A stretch of 63,377 nucleotides of DNA, the filler included. It is 12 parts of 12 records of this genome, joined end to end, with 100 filler letters (N's around TTAATTAATTAA, not from the genome) between each part and the next. Parts side by side here need not be neighbours in the genome. Positions count along the whole stretch, not along the records: positions 56,114 to 59,994 come from SRR7504441_21627; positions 60,095 to 63,377 come from SRR7504441_21640; 10 more parts are not named here. The stretch is one strand, 5' to 3'. A model generated the notes under the pieces. That model made no database searches, was not told where the DNA came from, and was given only the letters and a program-made list of their open reading frames with translations. A program made the translations under genes and the position numbers. Position 1 is the first letter of the stretch. Every line of letters starts with the position of its first letter. Positions 57,834-63,377 of this stretch are shown one piece after another.

Positions 57834-59316
57834 ATGCGGCCCGGGCAGTGGGGCTCGGGCACGCGGGTGCGGCCGTCGGATAGAATGTTCGCGCTGCCCG
57901 CCAACCGGTGCCTGGCCGCTCGGCCGCCCGCCCAGCCCCTGGCCAGCCTGCCCTTCGAGGCGCCTCGAGCAGCCCGACCCGCCCAGCTGCCGGCCCAGCT
58001 GCGGGCGGCCTCGCCGCCACCGGGGTGCCCAGGGGCTGGGGCCGGGCCTGAGTGCTGGGGCAGCAGCGGGCAGCAGCTGGAAGACAAGATCCGGGTGCTC
58101 GTGCGGGGCAGCCCAGCCGACCAGAGCCAGGAGGCCGAGCTGTGCAGGATGCGCGCCGAGGCACCGCACGGGACCGGGCGGGCGGCCGAGGCGGGGCAGG
58201 TGCGCGAGCTGCGGGGGGTGGTGGAGGCCATGCTGGCGGGGGGCGGCCCGAGCGCAGTGCCGGCCAGCACGCCGTTCGAGGCGCTGGACCTGAACAGGGA
58301 CGGCGCTGTCGACCGGCTCGAGTGGTCAGTGGCGCAGCAGCAGCTCCCGCTGGGCGGGTACTCCCGGCAAGCGCCGGACATTTCGCCGACAGCGAGCCAC
58401 TCGCCAGATCTGCCCTCCGACCGCAGTGCGCAGCTGCAGGTGGGTCTAAGGCTGCTCCCAGAGGCAAGGCAGGGCAGGAGGCCAACTGGGAGCTCGAGGC
58501 CGACAAGCTGAAGCTGGCCCACGCCGCCGCCTTCGCCCAGGCCGAAGCCGCCCACCTCCGGTGCCCGCCGCCGGTCGGAGAGGCTTCACACGGCACTAGT
58601 CGGCAGCTCGCTAGCCAAAATGCTGCGCCCGGGCAGCTCAGCCAGCGGAGCCGGCCGTACCAAGCCAGCGCCCGGCCGGAGCCCTCGCCGCCGCCGCCGG
58701 TCCGGGCCCCGGAGCCGGCGGCTGAGACCATCACGGCTCAGTTCAGGAAGGTGGCGGAGCTAGTGTATGTGGGTTGCTCATAGTTGTCCAGGCGAGAGAG
58801 GACGCGTGGAAGACGTTGATGACGATGGAGCCAGTGCCCTGCTCCGAGCCCGGGAGCGAGTCGTTCGAGAGCGTCTCGGACCAGATTACTAGAGTGCAGG
58901 CGGGCCTGAGGTGGAGTGGCGGGCTGCCTGCTGCCCAGGCCAGGGGCAGGCGGGAGATGGCAAACCGGCAGATGGCCCGGTTATATAATAATAACAACGC
59001 GGCTGGCTCGCCGCCCTCGCCGGCCAGCCACCAGCGGAGGCTCAGCCCTCGCCCTGTGTCGGACGCCACCAGGATGTGCAGAGTAGGCGAGCCTGCAAGG
59101 CGGAGCGCGAGTCCATTCAGCAGTCAGACAGGGATGAACAGCGGAGTCCTGGTGCGGCACCGGCCGTGAGTGGCTGATTGGGGCGCGCAGGAGAGTTTTG
59201 AGGCGATCGATACCAATAGGGACGGGGTGATCGACCGTAGCGAGTTTGCTGCTTTCAAGCAGAGACAAATTAGTCAAGCCCCGCACCCGCGCGGGTCGCA
59301 CAAGCGGCCGTACTGA
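57834..59316 (+). CDS. multi-exon low-complexity protein with two isolated EF-hands
   Basis: FEALDLNRDGAVDRLEW and FEAIDTNRDGVIDRSEF; stop TGA at 59316. Confidence 0.65.
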
Positions 59317-59731
59317 CCCTGCGCCCCTCTCACTATAAACCATATCTTGATGATGAAGATAGATCATCTGTGCAATCCATCAAAACGCCTCTCGATTAGC
59401 CTCGCTTGAGCGGCTTAGCGACTTCCGCCTGGCATCCGCATCTTCCGAGCGCATGATGAGAGCGACCTTGACGTTCTATTGAATATATCACAGGCCGGTA
59501 TGCGCCGGCTCGTCAGATTATATGAATCTTTATAAGCAAACCCTAGCCATATGCCCCACAATTGCGCTCTTTAGCGGATCTATTCCCTTAACCTAGTGTG
59601 TCGAGGGCATGTGTACAGCCTCGCCGAGTCCCCTTAGTCCTCGCGCCGTCCGGTCCCGGTCGTCGACCCGCTATCATCGAGCCGTCAAGCCGAGTCTCGG
59701 TCAGTCATCGAGAGCTTCGACTATTCAACGT

Positions 59732-59994
59732 CTAGTAGGGGTAGCCGTAGCCGTACCGCTGCAAACCAAAGAGGTCAATCGTCGTTCATCTTAGCTCAAG
59801 ACATCAAGCCAAGACGGCAAGACCGGGGCCGGTTCTAGTGGCCGACAAGCAGATGCCAGCAATGACGGTTAGGCGGTTAGCAAACGTACCCCGTATCCGC
59901 CGTAGCCGGCGTATCCGCCGTAGGCGCCGGCGTAGCCGCCGTAGCCGTAGCCGCGACCGTAAGCGCCGTAGCCGCCGTAGCCGCCGTAGGCGCC
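59732..59994 (-). CDS. Gly/Tyr-rich (YGG repeat) protein 3' end, 5'-truncated
   Basis: Minus strand reads GAYGGYGGYGAYGRGYGYGGYAGAYGGYAGYGGYG, then a GTACGT...TTTGCAG intron (59759-59889), then RYGYGYPY*. Confidence 0.75.
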
Positions 59995-60420
59995 NNNNNN
60001 NNNNNNNNNNNNNNNNNNNNNNNNNNNNNNNNNNNNNNTTAATTAATTAANNNNNNNNNNNNNNNNNNNNNNNNNNNNNNNNNNNNNNNNNNNNATGCAC
60101 CACCAGAGTAAATCGACTGGATTCCAAGTGTCCGGTGTCCGAAGATCAAGATAACTAACGCGTGACCATGCTAAAATAATTATTATTGTCAACGTGGAAA
60201 GTACTTAATAAGTTCTTGGGTTAATATCGGGCTATCAAGGGCGACTGGAATAAACGCTTATGTGCATCTGAAATATGACTACATGTATTCATGAGCTTTT
60301 AATGGGTCTTGAAATGAACAGAAACGGAAGTTTTTTCAAACTCATAAGCTAGGTTATCCCGCTGTAGCGGCTAGCCACGGCCGTACTCTTGTAAACATCA
60401 CGCCCCACACCGCTTCAAGC

Positions 60421-62212
60421 TCACATCCGAAAGCCGAACCCTGAACTACTGTTCCTCCCGCGGCCGCCGCCACCCCCAAAGAACATCTGCCCCAAATCAG
60501 AAACAGCTAGCTAGTAGGCAAGGGACTTACATTGACCACATCCTCCATGTTTTGCCCACCGAATCCTGAGTCAAACCCCGAGTCTTCCATGTCTGCCCCG
60601 CTGTCGTACCGGCTTCGTTTCTTGGAGTCCGTCAGCACTTCGTGTGCTTCATTCAGCTCCTTGAACTTGAGCTCGGCCGCCTCGCGCTCCTCTGGAGGAA
60701 CTTTGTCCGGGTGGCACTTGATTGCCATCTTTTTGAACGCCCGCTTTATATCCGCCTCCCCGGCGTGCTTGTCCACTCCGAGGATCTTGTAGTAATTCTT
60801 CCGCTGGGATTTTTTGAGATCAAACTTGGCCTGCCGGAGCAGCTTCCGGTACTCGTTGTTGTTGTCGTCTAATTGAGTGAGCTGCTCGTAGTCATGAACA
60901 GCCTCCTGGTACATCTCCAGCTCGCTCCTACACTGAGCCCTCCGGAGCAGCGCCTTGTGGTTGCCAGGGAGCAGCTTGAGCGCCTCATTGCACTCTTCGA
61001 GGGCTTCAGCCCATTTTCGCTGCTTCATGTGTGCAGCCGCCATGTTAGAGTAGAGCGTCCCCACCATCTGCAAGTTCTCAGGGTCCACCGCTGCGGCTTG
61101 CTGGTACAGCTCCACAGCTTGCTGGCACTTGCCCTTTTTAAACATTTGGTTGCCCTCGGATTTGAGTGTTTCGACCTGTTTGAGCTGTTTGAACATTTTC
61201 TTGGCGTGAGCATTGTCTGGGTCGCACTGCAGCGCCTGCTTGAAGTGCTTCATTGCCGGCTCCATGTCCGTGGATGAAAGGTATAGCGCCTCTCCGCGAA
61301 TACATAACGCGTCTGCGTGTTGCGTATTAACCCGCAGCACACTCAGCGCAGCTGACGAAGCCTCTGTAAATCGCTTCGCCTTGAGTAGCATCCGCGCCCG
61401 TTCCAGTTTGAATGGGATGCAGGCAGTACTCTCGTTCAGGACGTGATCCATAAAAGGGATGGCTTGCTTGAACTTTCCGGCCGCCACGCACTGCTGGGCC
61501 TTCGCATAGTTTTGCTCGACGGCCTTGACAGTAGCCAGCTCGCTCTTGGCTTGCTGATTGGTTGGTTCGTACACCTTGGCCTGATTGAACGAATCCCGCG
61601 CTTTCTGGAAATCACCCAGCCGGATGTGGCACTTGCCAGCTCGCAGGTACCCCTGCCCCACAGCTCAGAGGCACGCCTGTCCGCAGCGGAGCCTTAACAA
61701 ACTTTTCGTTCTTGCCAATCGCCTGCGCGCAGTCCGCGAGCGCTCGATCAAACTTCGAGATCATAATGTAGCAGGCTGCCCGATTCCCCAGCAGCGACAG
61801 CACCAGGTCTATATCCTGTGGATCCAGGGCTGGCACCCCCTGGTCAGTCGGTGCTGAGCCCGGGCCGACCACACCGAGCGCCTCCGTGTAGCTGTCAATC
61901 GCCGCGTCGTACTTGTTCCCTTTGTCTGGCCCAGCCAGATCACCCCCACGGGCTGCCGGCTGAGCGCTCACAGAAGGTGTTGCCCTGCTCCTTGAGAGCG
62001 GCCGCCTGCACCAGTTCACGCCGCTGCTGCCTAGCCCCCAACCGTGAGCGACCGGCAGCCAGCCGCGGGGCGCACTCTGCTGGGTCCACGGGCTCGGGCT
62101 CCGGTTCCGCCGCGGGCTCCGGTTCCTGGTCGTCCACCTCGGGCAAGTCGTCCGAGTCCGAGTCCGTGCTAAGGTCGTCCACATCCACGGGGTCGTCCTC
62201 GACGCCGCTCAT
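60421..62212 (-). CDS. DNAJC7: TPR and J-domain co-chaperone (DNAJC7/TPR2)
   Basis: Multiple TPRs, then [43 protein letters not shown] and a G/F-rich tail; 5 introns. Confidence 0.92.
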
Positions 62213-62538
62213 CGTTCGCGTCCTCTTTCTCGGCACTTTCGGTGGTGTTGGTCCGACTGGCTCAATAGCGCCTCAGGGACTTGAGCAACCCTGCCCTCAA
62301 GCGCGCGCCCGGCGGGTTTGGATTGTCTCTGATTTTCCAATAATCGAGCGACGCGAAATTCCTCGGCCTGACATAGCCGATGAGCGCCTGAGGATCATTC
62401 AGGTCAATGGAGCCTAATGGAGCCCCGGGGGCGCTAGTGGCGGCGTTTACATGTTTGCCGACATTAACAGTACTTGCAATTGACTTGCATATTATTTGTT
62501 GACAACCGGCATCACGCTCAATCCACCGGCATCATTGA

Positions 62539-63377
62539 CTAACCCAAGCTTTCGATACTCAAGCTCTGGATGATGCCCTCCACAACGCTCGTGCTACTCA
62601 CATTATTGAAATTCTCTTGGCCATAACCAGCAGTAATCAACACCCAACTACCCGGATTTCCGAATTCCGCGCCCCAGACTGGCACTGGATCACCACCAGT
62701 CACCCACTGCAGTATCTGCTGAAAGTGTGACCACGATATCTCTACCTCAAAGGTGGCTGCTTCGAAGGCCGCATCCTGAGTCAATTCCCCCCAGCTGGTC
62801 CACGCAGTGCGGCGCACACCAGCATTATCAGTGTAATTCGTGGCATGCCCATTGCCATTGATAGGGCCCAGAACCGCAATCAAACCGCTCTGACCCAAGT
62901 CCTGAAAATGCCAAGCGTCGTCAGAAGGCGTTTTGGCGTTCACACCCTTCATCATAGTCGCAATGTTGAACTGGATCTGGCAAAAGGACCGCGATTTTAT
63001 TTTACTGGCAATGCAGTCGGTGTTGGCAAAGGCCATAAACAGGTCCTGGCGCAGCTGCTGGCTCTGTGGGGCCCTGATAGTGGCAGCCGTCACAGACTGG
63101 GTGCTTCGGACGACAACCCGCAGGTGCTCGGGATCTCGGAGGACACTCGTGCTGAAGGGCTGCATGATCCACGCTGGATGGAAGTCGACGTACATAGCGG
63201 CGATGTGTGCGTTTGCGTGGGTAGTGCCCTGCCCAGATGCCGAGTAGGGAGCCCATGGCCCCGCTGGGTTCGCCTCGGTCCGCACGAGGTGGGAGAGCAC
63301 ACCACTCATCATGACATCTGCGTCGATGCTGGCGCCGAGGTGGTGGTTGCATGCAGGGTAGAATGAGCTGTTTCCTG
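62539..63377 (-). CDS. hypothetical protein, intronless over the visible part, 5'-truncated at window edge
   Basis: Frame open from the window end to TAG at 62539. Trp-rich globular-looking sequence (WTSWG, FEVEISW, GQE). Confidence 0.7.
   Translation of the reverse strand, partial: GNSSFYPACNHHLGASIDADVMMSGVLSHLVRTEANPAGPWAPYSASGQGTTHANAHIAAMYVDFHPAWIMQPFSTSVLRDPEHLRVVVRSTQSVTAATIRAPQSQQLRQDLFMAFANTDCIASKIKSRSFCQIQFNIATMMKGVNAKTPSDDAWHFQDLGQSGLIAVLGPINGNGHATNYTDNAGVRRTAWTSWGELTQDAAFEAATFEVEISWSHFQQILQWVTGGDPVPVWGAEFGNPGSWVLITAGYGQENFNNVSSTSVVEGIIQSLSIESLG

Noticed and set aside
59838..59994. Plus-strand Arg/Ser-rich protamine- or SR-like ORF
   Set aside because: Better explained as the reverse complement of YGG codons with a spliced terminal exon.
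4601..60094. Recurring TTAATTAATTAA flanked by Ns as a biological repeat or CRISPR-like array
   Set aside because: Identical 100-nt spacer with six-frame stops; an assembly concatenation linker. Genes on different contigs cannot be treated as neighbours.
163..62212. Alternative genetic code, stop readthrough or programmed frameshifting to explain broken ORFs
   Set aside because: Every break I examined is resolved by a short GT-AG or GC-AG intron. TAA, TAG and TGA all terminate conserved genes (SUMO, MCCC1, DNAJC7).
163..62212. Pseudogene decay of the fragmented genes
   Set aside because: Catalytic motifs are intact and frames are restored by consistent splice signals.
28490..62212. Chaperone co-factor 'cluster' (TPR-methyltransferase, TPR-Aha1, DNAJC7)
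   Set aside because: The three genes are on different contigs; their co-occurrence in the window is an artefact of concatenation.
63366..63377. 12-nt match to the start of the M13 reverse primer (CAGGAAACAGCT, minus strand)
   Set aside because: The match stops after 12 nt and lies inside an open reading frame at an arbitrary window edge; probably coincidental.

Overview
This is not a contiguous locus. It consists of 12 contigs of about 3-8.5 kb joined by artificial 100-nt spacers (N44-TTAATTAATTAA-N44), and two contig ends carry Illumina adapter remnants. The DNA is gene-dense, GC-rich, eukaryotic nuclear sequence, most likely from a protist; I cannot assign the lineage. It uses the standard genetic code. 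Genes are split by many very short spliceosomal introns (mostly 35-46 nt), and about one in five of those I spliced by hand has a GC rather than GT donor. This is why the ORF track is fragmented. About 38 genes or gene fragments can be reconstructed. They include MCCC1, EDC4/Varicose, SUMO, DNAJC7, a UPRT-like protein, a class I heme peroxidase, a GH7 glucanase, a Cys-less pentameric ligand-gated ion channel, a Zn2Cys6 transcription factor, RhoGAP, TauE, several TPR fusions, and a ~1,600-aa membrane-anchored protein combining CotH kinase, PA14, CUB and EGF domains. The most striking signals are architectural: mini-introns rich in GC-AG, 10 head-to-head gene pairs with only 24-190 nt between start codons, a recurrent AACGG element just upstream of starts, and a recurrent TACGAGTA quasi-palindrome in AT-rich spacers behind 3' ends. 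No rRNA, tRNA, CRISPR array or confidently recognisable mobile element was seen. All gene models are hand-spliced predictions without transcript support.
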